From assembly GCF_040938485.1 (NCBI RefSeq), contig NW_027270917.1, positions 5,642,001 to 5,706,000 of the forward strand: a stretch of DNA of 64,000 nt, written 5' to 3'. Under the pieces are notes generated by a model. It did no database searches. It was not told where the DNA came from and was given only the letters and a program-made list of their open reading frames with translations. The stretch is from Diadema antillarum. Its lineage: Eukaryota. The position numbers were made by a program, and so were the translations under genes. This document shows positions 1 to 13,406 of this stretch, one piece after another; within the stretch, counting starts at the first letter, position 1; every line of letters begins with the position of its first letter.

Positions 1-2049
1 TACATTTTGTATGAAGGGTAAACATTATGCACTGCCATAAAATGTACATCTGTATACTGTTATTCACATTTTATTGATGCCTTGTTGTTATTCTAGCATG
101 TAGTGATAGTTGCTTACTGTAGTTTTCTTATTCTAAGTGAATACAGGACTAGAACTTTGTGTTAGCAGTTTTGAAGCCTCCGAAACACACTAGTTTGTTA
201 ACTGAAGCCTCCGAAACTCACAAGTCTGAAAATTTCAACTTTGTCAAAAATAATCAAATTTCTTTGGGATTTGGGTTGATAAATGTTTGTTACCAAGAGA
301 TAATTTAGGGCTATGTTTAGAGTGGCTCTTGCTTCTAGAACATTCTTTTAACTTAAAGATAATTTGTCAGGTACCATTTTTACCTTGGAATTTGAAGTTC
401 ACATCCAAATAATTGCAAGAGCGAATATCTGTTGGGGGAAAAGTGTTTTGATATTTCAAATATATGTTCACAGCAAATGAAAAGTTGTATTACCTCCACC
501 ATTTATCTTCATTTGGTTGCTGTGGGTGATCAAAACATTCTTGTTGTTTTTACCTAAATTTATCTAAAATTCCATAATAGTCACTTCATTTTTCATATTT
601 AGCCTAAGAATTAAGCTCTGGAATGACAAAATATTGAAAATATAGACATTCCTATATAAAATAAAGGCAAAGATAAAAATGGAAACACAACTTTAATTTT
701 TGACCCTTGCCACATCAAAGTTACACCCTTTACTGTAAAACTGACCATATACAATATAAGGAATATTATACTGATGAGTGTCAAAAAGATGCATCATGAA
801 GCAAAATCAAATATTGCACAGTCTAGTTGTACTTCTCTTCTTCAGTATCTATGGATATAGCATCCACCATTTGAACAAAATATATGAAATCATGTAGTCA
901 GCAGAACCACCAATATATGAGGCACCAAATTTCTGCAAGATCAAAATTCACTCTACACTGAAATCCCTCGCTGGAATCAATATTGCCTGGCCCCCGGGGG
1001 AAGACTTTTAAGGCATAATAATGTCCTACTCTCATTTTCATGTAGCATCCCGAACCAGCTAGTCATGAGGAAGCAAATCACTGTTTACCGCTTCAAATTT
1101 TCATCTGTCCCACGACTGCAGTCGATCTAATTTGGTCTTATCATACATATGCTGTAATACCGAGCATGTGAATTAATAAACAGGGCTAGGAACTCATGTG
1201 CCATAACATCAAGTATCTCAAATATCACCGGCACAATATTTTCAGTGATGTTTTCTCGTTTCAACTCTCTTCAATATCCCATTTCCATCAAGCCACCATT
1301 ATTTCAAGTACAGGCTTATGATGTGCAGTCTACTGCATTTTTCCCTTCATGAATATTCCTTGTATTTGACATCGATTAGTTGCCGTTGGTATCAAATTGC
1401 ACAATCTGTTTACCACTCAGCATTGTGTTCTGTTGTCAGTAATGTTGAAAAATAATTATCAATGACAGTATTTTGTGATGGAATGCTGAAAAATGCAGAT
1501 ATAAAACCAAACCAAAACAAAACAAAACAAACCAGACTTGCAAATGTTTTGCACACTACAGAAATATTGCAAATTAATCCAACGTATTCTACCAAACTTG
1601 GACATTAGCCTTTTTCCAGTCAGCTTATCACATACAATGTACCACAGAAGAAGGATATTTTCCTGGGATGTTTTTGTGTCCTGTCATGAATGGATAACCT
1701 CAAATGTATTCACATCTAATCAGGAGATTAACCTGGCTCATTGGAACCTGGCTCGGAAGAAAGTATCTTCTGAGGCACTCAGTCACAGAAGGACATGGGT
1801 TCAAAGCCCCTGTAGCACCTGCTGTAGTCAGTGTCTTCTCCGAGGATCCCTTCTCCTTTGATCATAAGGACAATCTCTCTCAAAGAAATAATTAGGACTC
1901 ATCTAGTTTTCTGATGCAGAATTACATTGTAGGCAATGATCTTGTGAAGACAGGAATTATGCTGAGGCCAAGAATCTGCAACACTTCTCACAAGGAAAGT
2001 GATAGAGATTTGTAATAGAGGCACAACCAAAGTTCCAAAAGCAGCAATA

Positions 2050-2120
2050 CCCACACAGACACAGACACACAGGTACACACACACACACACACACACATAA
2101 ACACACACACATAAACACAA
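2050..2120. repeat. Compound (CA)n microsatellite
   Basis: CA-repeat tract. Other simple repeats: (CT)n about 14430-14447, (TCTA)n about 18010-18085, (CA)n 20044-20071, CT-rich 28475-28530, (GAA)n about 58244-58263, (GAG/GAC)n about 60525-60557. Confidence 0.9.
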
Positions 2121-2759
2121 GCCACAATCCTTCCCAAATCTTGAGGACTGAAGGAGAAGTTCAAACCTGAAGAATTATCTTGAAAGTGTATATATCTCAT
2201 TTCCTTTCCCGTAGAGCCACAGCCTTGTTTGAAGAAATTGTCAGCCAGAGACCAAAGATGAATAATTTCATGACAATAACACAAATACTAAAATTTGTGC
2301 ACAACATTCATTGTATTTGTCTTCTATAATCAATGAAGCAAACATAACATCAATAACAACTATAGCCAAGACATTTATCCATTAACTTCTGCTGACAACA
2401 CTGATCACATCCAACAAATGTAACAAAAAAATACAATCTAAATTGCCCCATAACAAATTGTGCATTTTCTGCGAGTACTGAATTCAATGAGCCTCACAGA
2501 AAATGATTTCGAAGCATTTATAAACTGACAGGTACGATAAAAGCATCTTGGCTTATGGACGCTAAAGGGATTGGGGCTTGTGGATGCTCAATTAAACAGA
2601 ACAGCAGGAAACTGAGCTGATGGATCAAGGATGACTGACCGAAACTTAGTGGCAGGTCAAATTAGAAGAGGGGTGGAGCATGCACATCTTGCAAAGCAAA
2701 GATAACAGGATGATTCTCTTCTTTTTTTTTTTGCGAAAAAAAGCAAGAAATCTGCTTAC

Positions 2760-2854
2760 CTGTGAATCCAAAAGGGAGTAGAGCCATTGGATCGTCTTGT
2801 TGTGCTCGATGACTCCATTCATCCCGTCCATGTAGAGCATGATCTGACCAATGG
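2760..2854 (-). CDS. FHOD: FHOD coding exon 6 (95 nt)
   Basis: cccag acceptor next to the N gap; (A)IGQIMLYMDGMNGVIEHNKTIQWLYSLLDSQ; GTAAGC donor. The next expected exon (FRLVVK...) was not found in 1-2759, so the gene continues outside the window. Confidence 0.96.
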
Positions 2855-2859
2855 CTGGG

Positions 2860-3082
2860 NNNNNNNNNNNNNNNNNNNNNNNNNNNNNNNNNNNNNNNNN
2901 NNNNNNNNNNNNNNNNNNNNNNNNNNNNNNNNNNNNNNNNNNNNNNNNNNNNNNNNNNNNNNNNNNNNNNNNNNNNNNNNNNNNNNNNNNNNNNNNNNNN
3001 NNNNNNNNNNNNNNNNNNNNNNNNNNNNNNNNNNNNNNNNNNNNNNNNNNNNNNNNNNNNNNNNNNNNNNNNNNNNNNNNNN
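2860..3082. other. Assembly gap (223 N) in FHOD intron 5
   Basis: Run of N. Confidence 1.
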
Positions 3083-3564
3083 ATGATCATACACAAAACA
3101 GATCAAAGTCTCCAAGAACCAATACAACCCAAAAGTGGTAATTCAACATTTACAGGACCAGTTTGTGGTCACTGCCTTTTGTTCTTATGATTTAAGTTTC
3201 CATTTCAGATAGTGCTGGCTGAATGTAAAATATGAGTTAGTATTTAAATAAATAAATATCATAAAATAATAAAATACATATTTCAATGCAAATTGATTTA
3301 TGGATCTTTTTTTTTAATTTTTGATTAACTGTGCTAAGTGCTTTGGATATTCAAGTAAATTGGCCAAAGTTGCTTTTCAATTCGAAAGCAAAGAACACAA
3401 TTCAGAAGAAGCCATGGGGGATGGGGATGGGAGGTGGGGTGGCTCTGTAGCATCCTGCACAAAAGGAGGCAAAGTGCACATTTTGCTTCTTTCTTTCTTT
3501 CTTGTTGTTGTTGTTGTTGTTGTATTTTTTTTTTTGGGGGGGGGGGGGGGGTGGTGTGTCTTAC

Positions 3565-3670
3565 CTCTGAGTATGTAGTTCTGATAGTTCTGATCGGCGT
3601 CCATGCCGAGCTGGATGAGGCAGTCCAGGCCATCAGAGCTGACAAACTCATGCACCAAGTCCTTGTCATC
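3565..3670 (-). CDS. FHOD: FHOD coding exon 5 (106 nt)
   Basis: tttttttccag acceptor; [35 protein letters not shown] plus G; GTAAGA donor; phase 0 in, 1 out. Contains the [14 protein letters not shown] signature. Confidence 0.97.
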
Positions 3671-4459
3671 CTGGAAAAAAAAAGATCCACAACAAAGAGG
3701 AATATAATTGATAAAGTCTCCATCAATTTACGGCATTCCTCTCTCATTCTCTTTCTTTTGCTCTCTCAACTATCATATATGCAAAATATGGCTGTTTCAT
3801 TTCAGTTTATGAAAGCCACAAAATTTTCAAAGTAATTAGCATGATTATAGTATCATTCCATTCATCCTATTGTGATCCACTTCCCTATACCATAGTCCAG
3901 ATATTCTGTCACAGCAATGTGGACCAAGCTTGTGAAACATATTACATGCTTAAAGAATAATCATCATAATGTCTAAATTTGATCCACTGGTTGTAATATT
4001 AGAATCATTCAGTAGCGAAGAGGAACATACATACATAATAAAACATATTGTTTCTTATCTCAGTAGAGATCTTTTTACTCATAATATTCTGGGTGTTTGC
4101 TTTTTTGTGTGTCTCTTTCAGAGTATTGTGTAGACATTCATGTTGCTTACTATATGGTGTTCTGTGTACACAATGCAACTTTTGAAACATTACTTGCAAA
4201 TATCATGAGCTTTCTTATGCCCACTATCCACGGATGTGGTTTGATCTTTAAAACAGGGAAATACAAACCACACTATATTGTATAGAACACTTTAACTGCC
4301 AACCTGTGACCCTTTCAAACCCCCTGTGGTATTTCATCATATTTTGTTTTTACCAAAGGACAGAATCACACCTTGCATCTCACTGAAAACATTAAAAGTG
4401 CAAGGTAACGCCCTAAATGCTCACTTCAATGTGCATGTGCTGAGACTTACATTTAGTTG

Positions 4460-4902
4460 TTCTGTTTACACTCGTTTTTGCCAAAGTGGGCTAGCCCCAC
4501 CGATAGTACGGTACTATCTGGCCCTGCAAAATAGCAGGAGTTAGCACCCCAATTGCAGTGCCAAGCAAGTGAGTGTAAACAGAACGAAAAAAATAATCCT
4601 GGGCCAAGCGACGGAGACGAAGTCCGACCTCACTGACCAATCAGAAACGAGGTAATCAAGTGCTGCCGGTGCGTGCGTGTACGTGTACAGTGCACAGCGT
4701 AATTATGAATATTTATGTGGTTTGGAAAGTCCGGGGCTAAGAAATACGAGTGTAAAAAGGTCAGTTTTCTCCTTAGCCCCGGACAAGAGATAGTACGGGA
4801 CTAATTGGCGAGTGTAAAAAAGCTGAAAAAATTGGTACGGGACTAACGATAGTCCTGGGTCAGAGAAGTCCAGGGTTAAGAAACACAAGTGTAAAAAGCC
4901 CT
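4460..4902 (+). mobile_element. PIF/Harbinger-like MITE family A, copy 1 (one end truncated)
   Basis: Colinear with 8169-8708 from TTCTGTTTACAC to the terminal GTGTAAAAAGCCCT; lacks about the first 100 bp and the left TIR. Confidence 0.85.
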
Positions 4903-5310
4903 CTAGTTTCCCCAAGTGTATATTCAGCATTATTATCTGAAGTAGTCCCATGCACCCATATATATAACTGTGATTCAATGTGAAATTGATGTTTCATGCT
5001 CATTGACCTGAAAAGAACCTCAAGTGTCAACACTGCAAAGAACCTGCTATATGTGCACAGCCGTTCAAATAAAGCAAAGTTCATTGTAAGAAGTAGCTGT
5101 TTCAGGCTGTCAACAGTATATTTGATTAATGGTGTATACACATATTTTTTAAAGGTCACATTTCTGGCAGTAAAGAAGCAAAGCAAATTTAAACAACTTT
5201 CTCCTACTGAGCAGAAGAAAGAAATCTGTGAAAACGTTAGCTAAACTAAACATGGTCTAGTCTTGATTCTAGTCATTGTGACTACATGTATATTCCTAGA
5301 AAGTCTCTAA

Positions 5311-5899
5311 AGCCCTTTTTACACTTGTGTTTCTTAACCCCGGACTTTCTCTGACCCAGGACTATCGCTAGTCCTGTACCAATTTTTTCAGCTTTTTACA
5401 CTGGCCAATTAGTCCCGTACTATCTCTTGTTGGGGGCTATTACGAGAAAACTGACCTTTTTACACTCGTATTTCTTAGCCCCGGACTTTCCAAACCACAT
5501 GAATATTCATGATTACGCTGTGCACTGTACACGTACACACACGCACCGGCAGCACTTGATTACCTTGTTTCTGATTGGTCAGTGGGGGTCGGACTTCGTC
5601 TCCATCGCTTAGCCCCGGATTATTTTTTTGTTCTGTTTACACTCACTTGCTTGGCACCGCAATTGCGGTGCTAGCACCGCAATTTAATAACCCTGCTATT
5701 TTGCAGGGCCAGATAGTACCGGACTATCGGTGGGGCTAGCCAACTTTGGCAAAAACGAGTGTAAACAGAAAGTGGGCTAAGGATAGTTCCGTACCAATGG
5801 TGGGGATAAGGCCCCCCTTAGCCCCACCGTTGGTACGGGGGGCCTTAGCCCCACCATTGGTACGGGACTAAGCAAAAATTTGCAAGTGTAAAAAGCCCT
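5311..5899 (-). mobile_element. PIF/Harbinger-like MITE family A, copy 2 (full length)
   Basis: Termini AGCCCTTTTTACACTTG...CAAGTGTAAAAAGCCCT, TAA on both flanks (3-bp TWA TSD), reiterated TTTACAC and GTACGGGACTA motifs; reverse complement of copies 1 and 3. Confidence 0.9.
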
Positions 5900-6313
5900 T
5901 AATATTGTTACCTAGTACCACAATATATTCTGTCTAGTCTTGATTCTAGACATTGTATCTGAGGGGGTTAGTCTCTCATATCATTACCTTGCACCACACT
6001 ACATTTTGTCAGGATGAGATATTGACACATCAGATTCACCACGCACAAGGCTACTACTTACAAGCACCATAAAAGATGACAAAAGAACTTAAATATGTAG
6101 ATGTAAGTGTCAAGAAATCAAATCCAACTGTGACAATGTCACAACCAATAAGTCTAAAATTTAACAATACACAAACATCCCACTGATTATGTATTATTAT
6201 AGACAAGCATTTTTTTTCCACTATGGAGATTGGCAAACTTTAACTGACCCAAGCAAATGGCCCTTAGTTCCTACCGGACACCCCTGGTTCCTACAGGACA
6301 CCCCTGGTACTAT

Positions 6314-6345
6314 GATTTGATTTGATTTGATTTGAATTTATTTCC
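6314..6345 (-). repeat. (AAATC)n tail with AATAAA, probable LINE 3' end
   Basis: Plus strand (GATTT)4 followed by TTTATT; the extent of the element body is not resolvable. Confidence 0.45.
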
Positions 6346-7159
6346 ACTTGAGTTCACAAACGTATGAAATAAACATACCTGAGTACATTATTATTGTATT
6401 ACAATTATAACTATACATACTGTGATACATACTACAATTAATTACTATACATACTATGATTGTGATGCATTGCACACACAAAACAGTACTATTAAAAGAC
6501 CCACTATTCTCTGTCATCTACCAACAATACTGATTTATGAAATATGCTGTCATCACCAAACATATCCCCTTCGTCCCACCAGTAGGGCTGCTCTGAGCTC
6601 CAGAGGTATGGAATTCCAACTGGACAAATAGTGCAAGGTTACTGGTATTTGCCCAACTTTAAAAATAAACCTCACCTATTGTGCACACACAGACATTCGC
6701 TGAAAATGACATCTCTATTTGTCAGCCTGTTGTTTTGACGGTAAGGTTGGGGTGATATAACTTGTTTCTATCAGCCTAGGAATGCAAAGTCATGTGGTAA
6801 GACATGATTTACAGTATCAAAGCTTGTCTCAGATGAACTTGGATAGTTGCATCATATCTATTCTGGTGATTTCCCCCAAGAATCAACAAAACAAATAATG
6901 AAGATCTTCACTATTTCCGGGATTACATCTCTGCCCTGTCAAGAGGCCAGTATGCTACCATTTTTAAGCAGCAATGTGTCTGTAATGAACTATCACATTT
7001 TCATCACCACTGCAAAATTAAAAGTTTATACTATATGCAGCATTTATTTCACCAGTATATTTCATAAGTGGTTAGTTTAACGACTGAAAACTACATTGTT
7101 GGAATGAAAAAGAAGTATCGTGACTTTTTAAGAGAAAAAATTGAAAAAATATATCATAA

Positions 7160-7300
7160 ACAAAGCGATATCCCAGCCATTTCAAAACTGATTTTCATCA
7201 AATAAACTCTGAATTCCTCTTAAATGCTCTTTAACACAGAGTATTGTGCAAAAAAGGTTAAAAGCTGAATCCTCATCTCAACCAATACTACACCATCCCA
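7160..7300. mobile_element. Kolobok-like MITE family K, partial copy
   Basis: AAACAAAGCGAT...AGCCATTTCAAAAC...CTCAACC...CACCATCCC followed by TTAA; matches the right arm of 62798-63191. Confidence 0.7.
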
Positions 7301-8168
7301 TTAATTTCATGACTATGACTCACAAAAAGTCATAAAAATGAATTTGCCACAAAAACTGTTCACAATTTTTATTCCCATCTACTTTTTTAAAAGCATCCAA
7401 ACTATTAAAATTACCTGCATATTTCTTAACTATTTTATGACTTCTGGGGAGTCGTCTACAGCTTTCTCACAATGGCAAGTAGTGAAAAATGATACTATAT
7501 GATACATGTAAAAATAATATCAGATATTTTGAGATTAATAATAACCACATGGCTTCATGTAGCTGGAACAGGCAGATCAGATTATCATTACTGCTGGTTC
7601 CCGGGGTTCTTGCCCTCTACACACATAGACAAAAAAGCTTGACTTTTTAACATCGTTTTTAAAAGAATTCCCTTGCTAGGACAAAAACAGTTGGGCAATC
7701 ATGTTCTATTGTTGCTGGGATTTGGTGACTAATCAGATTAGAAGAGAAAAAGAAAGAGGGTGCATCTAAAATGATACTCATTCTCTTTTCTTTCTGGTCC
7801 TGCCCACTCCTTAGTGTCTGCAGTCAAAGGCATGTGGTATTTGAGCAATGAGGAAGTTGTTTTGTTTTCCTTGGTGTCCTCCTACTTTAGCATGACAGAC
7901 ATTCACAGCTGCACCTTTGTGTACCAAGACCCTACAAATAGTAGGTAATGGTCATTCTCCTTGGGCTGTGGTCAGACAGATGTGTCTTGACTGGTAAATG
8001 AAGAAAGAAATCCTCTAAAGATCTAGAATCACACCCTGTTTCGTGATCACCCAAGATAGAACTGCCCTTGCACTGTACACAATGCTGTTTTCTGAACAAA
8101 ATTACTTGATTGCCAGGCAACTCTGTTCTCATGACATTACATGTAGCTCTTTCCCACTGAGATTCTAA

Positions 8169-8708
8169 AGGGCTTTTTACACTTGCAAATTTTTGGTTAG
8201 TCTCGTACCAATGGTGGGGCTAAGGGGGGGCCTTAGTCCCACCGTTGGTACCGGACTTTCCTTAGCCCACTTTCTGTTTACACTTGTTTTTGCTAAAGTG
8301 GGCTAGTCCCACCGATAGTACCGTACTATCTGGCCCTGCAAAATAGCAGGGTTAGCAACGCAATTGCGGTGCCAAGCAAGCGAGTGTAAACAGAACGAAA
8401 AAATAATCCGGGGCTAAGCGACGGGACGAAGTCCGACCCCCCACTGACCAATCAGAAACGAGGTAATCAAGTGCTGCCGGTGCGTGCGTGTACAGTGCAC
8501 AGCGTTATCATGAATATTCATGTGGTTTGGAAAGTATGGGACTAAGAAATACGAGTGTAAAAAGGTCAATTTTCTCCTTAGTCCCGGAAAAGAGCTTAGT
8601 ACGGGACTTATTGGCGAGTGTAAAAAGCTGAAAAAATAGGTACGGGACTACCGATAGTCCTGGGTCAGAGAAAGTCCGGGGTTAAGAAACACAAGTGTAA
8701 AAAGGGCT
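8169..8708 (+). mobile_element. PIF/Harbinger-like MITE family A, copy 3 (full length)
   Basis: Termini AGGGCTTTTTACACTTG...CAAGTGTAAAAAGGGCT, TAA TSD at 8166-8168 and 8709-8711; no ORF. Confidence 0.9.
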
Positions 8709-11700
8709 TAAAAAACCTCTGTGGACTATGTAAACAGGATCTAGATCAGATTTCCTTGGGCAACGGCTTACAACGTGGGATGGAAGTAGGATTAAGCAAT
8801 TTGTGTGTGTGTGTGTGTTGGCGTGACTAAACAAAAGTAGGATAATTACTATTGGTATATTAAGACAGGTATGCACACTTGATTAAAATCACTGTATATG
8901 GCATTTAATCTCTTTCACAAAATTACCACCACCAAAACAACAACAAAAAGGCAACTCCAGTGTTGCTTACAAAGGAAAACTCTATTAACATGATAAAAGC
9001 TGCATATTTGTAAAACCCTATTCCCTTCTATGAAAATTGTTTGAATGTTTTAAGTTATTTCATTTTCACTTAGCTGTCTAATTCATTATGAGATGACCGA
9101 ATTGACAAGCACATCCCAAACAAAACGTGGAACAGATCACATGTAGGCCTACATACAATGTACTGCAGGTCTTTTGTATATTCCATGATGGCATGATGCA
9201 CAGGAACATTCTAAAGAGGAGAATGAATCTGGGTCTCGTGCTGGAATGCTCTGTGATATGGCTAGGAGTGGGTGTCAATGACTTAACACGCTGAACTGTA
9301 TACCTGTCTCTTCTCAAACTGACATCCATATCTCAGCTGATGACATTTACAGAAGAAGACCATTGCTCCTTGCGCAACTCCTTGCATTGCAGACATGGTA
9401 GATGACTGCCTTAGCCTCATTCAAGGCAGCCTGAAATATCACTGCTGATGCATCCCAACCAGGAAAACAGAAAACTTATCATCATAGGTATTTAACTCTG
9501 TGGATCTTCTCAATTGACATTCTGTCAGGTGTACTAATGGTTTTGTTTTCTTCAAACTCTCTCTTTCTGTTTTTCAAATCATTTGACTGAAACCAGACAC
9601 TTTCTCATCAGTACTGAATGAAATCACCATTTAAAGGCAGTGGAAAAGTTGACATACAGCACATCAAATATGATATAGTAATTAAGCTCAGATTCAAAGG
9701 ATTAAATCCATTGGAGGAAAATGAAAAGAACTATATTACTCTTATCACAAACCAGAAGGGCACCATGGTAGTTATTTAGATGGACAGATAGACCTGGCTT
9801 ATTGTGATAAAGTGTACCAATACCCTGGAAATCAAATTTGTGTACAGCTAGCATATACAGATATATATAAAAAACAGCCATATTTCACCTGTGATAGCCC
9901 CTGAAAGGATACATATTTTGATAAAAACAGATCATACATGTATCTTTATATACAATTTGGCACTTGAGCTCCATAAGTTCTGCTCTGTAAACACCGGTAC
10001 TGATGTACATGTTCTAGCTATACTGAGTATACATACGTTTTTTATGAATAATAGACTACAGATGTGGTTGTCCGTTTGGAGAACAACAGTTCAATCATAT
10101 ATACCCTTTCCGAGAACAACAGTTTAATAATATAGTAGGCCTATATCTACCTACTATCAAATAGACTAAAGATGTGTTCGTCCTTTCAGAGAACAACAGT
10201 TTGATACATATCCTTTCAGAGAACAATAATGATATATATCTGTCCATGAAAGTTTCAGGTTTTCCCGAAATATCTTCACCAAGACTTGCAACTGTTACTT
10301 CATAGGCTAATCAAATTCAGTGAGCATTGCCAAAAGTGCACCTTAATCCCCAACTTCTGGGAAATGTTAAAAAATAAATAAAAACATCTTGATGAAGACT
10401 ATCTGAACACTGATCCCCCTGGTAGAGCCAAGGCCAATAGGACCTAGATTTCTAAGAAACTTGGTTGGCACAAGGAGCGAGGGAGAGTCAAGTGCAGCCA
10501 GGAGCGGGTTGAGATGAGGATGATGCAGATGCCAGCTCCTGGTGGCATAACTCAGTCCTCCATGGTGTCATCTCATCACATAGTTTTCATCACAAGTGGC
10601 TCCCATCCTCCCCCTTTTAGACTTCATAAAAAGAGTTGGTTTATATCCCCTTGTAATATCCTTATTAATTTGAAATTTGAGATTTTGTATTTGAAACACT
10701 TCTGCACATTTCGAAGTAAGAACAGGAATGTTGCAAGTATTTTACCAATTCAAACATGAAGCCACTCAGTCCTGCTTATTCAGTCAACATATATCAGTCT
10801 ACAAATGACTACACCAAAGAGATTATTAAAAACAAAAATGAATATGTACTTACATGAAATATCAGAATTAATTGGGATGCACATACATTTACGTAAGGTA
10901 GGCCTTCATGTATTTCCATTTATAGTGAATCCCTTGCTGCATCAAGTGTATTATGTGTGAAAAGGGGGGGGGGGCTATACATGGAAAGGTGTGTCAAATA
11001 ATTTCTGTCTTTCATGCACGGAAAGTCGTTCAGACTGAATAACCTCTGAGGGTTTCGGTTTCATTATAAACTGGTTCTCCTCGGGTTTATCATGAAGAAG
11101 CAACACATGACATAAAATGAATTGGTAATATACACAAACATCTGTCTGTTCCATAGACTAGTTTTCATTATAGATGGCCAGCTGTGGGCCATGTGATGCT
11201 TAATTGATACTGAAGTAAAAAGTAATAACACAGGAACCTAAATAACTATCCTGCTGACCCAGGGCAGCGAGTCACTTCAGTACAATGGTATGCACTCTAT
11301 GGATACACTGTCACAAGAGTAAGACATACCATATCATGTCTCATGAAAAAAAAAAAATCTCAACTACCCTTGTATATATGGGGATATATCATAAATTTGT
11401 TTCATTATGCCATTGCCACTTGCCAATTCATGATATCTGCCTAATAAGTCAATTTAAATCAGTTAATGTTTCATTTGCGAGTAGTCCACACAATGACGAT
11501 GCAAGATTGGTGATCCTCAATGTAGATACAGGCTGATAATTGAGGAATCAAAGATCACAAACTATTCTCTACACCTGATTAAAAAAGGGCAAGAATTACC
11601 AACTTGTTGATATGTTTGTTCTCTTGGTAGAAAAGGTCAATCACTTTTATGATTATGAATGCAACAAAATTGATTTCCTGAATATATTATTTCTATGGCA

Positions 11701-12769
11701 ATTAATCCCATCTCCACTCTGTAATGAGATAAAGATGAAGATCCACGAAAGCTTCGGTTGTAAGGCACAGTTGGGACAGCAAGATGATGCAGTACTTCTG
11801 CTTCTGATTTAAAAGATTTCACAAAGACTAGAACCAGATGGAAATACACGAAAATGTTTGATCATACTAAGCCTGAATATGGCAGGCTGAAAATGGTGAG
11901 TGAAATGGCAGCTGGCTTGATGGGGGATGACAGCAGAGAATGCCCATCTCTGGCAGATAGGGGGAGGCTGACCTACAAAGTATGTCAGCGACAAATCTAC
12001 CCAATCACTGATCTGCTTCCGAAGTCTAGAACGGAACGCTTAACTTCGGAATGCATTGTTTTTTCTGTTACATTCCTGATCTAGATTTCTCACTGGCAAA
12101 AGAAAGCCAGTTTAGTCTCCAATCCAATGACAAATGTCAGTATTCATGCATGAAGCATTAGAAAGGACATATCTTCCGGATGGCACTTGTCACTTCATAT
12201 TGAAATGAAGTTCAACAACCTATCGACGTCTGACAGCTGATTTTGATGTATATTTTTGACGTAATGTTGTGAGCATCACCATGACAAAATCAGGAAACAA
12301 TATTTCTGCCAGAGCGATCATGCATCTACTGGGGATAAACAAGAAATAGACAGAATCACTCACGGAGATGTTATGTTTTTATTACCATTATTATCATCAT
12401 CACCCTCAACTTTTTTTTTTCCTTTTCTTATTTTAGTCATTGGCACAGACTAGTCATTATCATCATCACTTCATCTTGGGATTTTACAGTTTTGGATCTA
12501 TGATGCCATAGCTAATGATATTTGATGTATGTTATTCATGAACTGTTATATATGCTTCCTTTCCTTTCTTATTCTTTTTCTTTCTTTCTTCTCTCTACCG
12601 CTGATCCTCCCTTTATATATATATATATATTTTTTTTTTCCTGGCAAGTTGATGTACAACTATAATGATTATATTTGTTAACATTATTATATTTCAGAAT
12701 CTGGGAAATGACTTTGTGCAATATTGGTGGACTTAGAAAGAAATTTATATGATATGATGATATAATCAC

Positions 12770-13152
12770 TGATATCGTTTCTGTATGTGTTGATTTATTT
12801 GCTGTGTTGTATTTCAGTGCGAGTTGGTTTGGGTTTCAGTTTATTACGGGCTGACGGGGGGCTGATATTGGGAAGTAACAACAGGGAAGGTTTTTGAAGT
12901 TTTTAACATCATGCCAATGGAGTCCGTTTTTATGCAACGTTTTTATACAATTGTTCTTTTAAGTTTAATTTTGCATACATGTCCGGTTATTTATTTATTT
13001 GTAAAGTGCTATTCCGTGTTGTTCTTTTTTATGTATATATTGTATTTGTTATGCTTTGACATTTATATGTGAAAATCCCACGATGAGTTTCCTGTAATGC
13101 TTTTTATTGGACGAATAAAAATGAATTGAATTGAATTGAATTGAATTGAATT
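12770..13152 (+). mobile_element. 5'-truncated LINE 3' UTR with (AATTG)n tail
   Basis: T-rich 3' UTR-like sequence ending AATAAAAATG then (AATTG)n at about 13124-13150; left boundary approximate. Confidence 0.55.
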
Positions 13153-13406
13153 CACAATCAGACTGTGAACTATCAGACAATGAAGTGTGGATATATATCA
13201 TCTGATCTGGTGTCAAAGGAGACTTACTGGTCCTCAGTCATTTTGAGTTGTTTCTATCAGTCACTAATTAGCAGTGAAGAACTATTTTCAATATCCATAA
13301 TGAGTCCTCATCATGAAGCGAATCAGCCAAGAGATAGAGAGAAATTAATACTCATTAGTACTATGAACATATGGGCCTCTAACTTAACCTGTCTTTCAGG
13401 AAAGGT

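Noticed and set aside
1899-2284. VCVCV-rich ORFs (also near 19877 and 49721)
   Set aside because: Translations of CA/TG microsatellites.
1-2759. FHOD exon 7 (FRLVVKT...VFVEY)
   Set aside because: No matching codon pattern found by eye on the minus strand; presumed to lie outside the window.
2662-3141. ORFs of 96-144 aa spanning the N run
   Set aside because: Artefacts of untranslatable Ns; only the exon 6 part is real.
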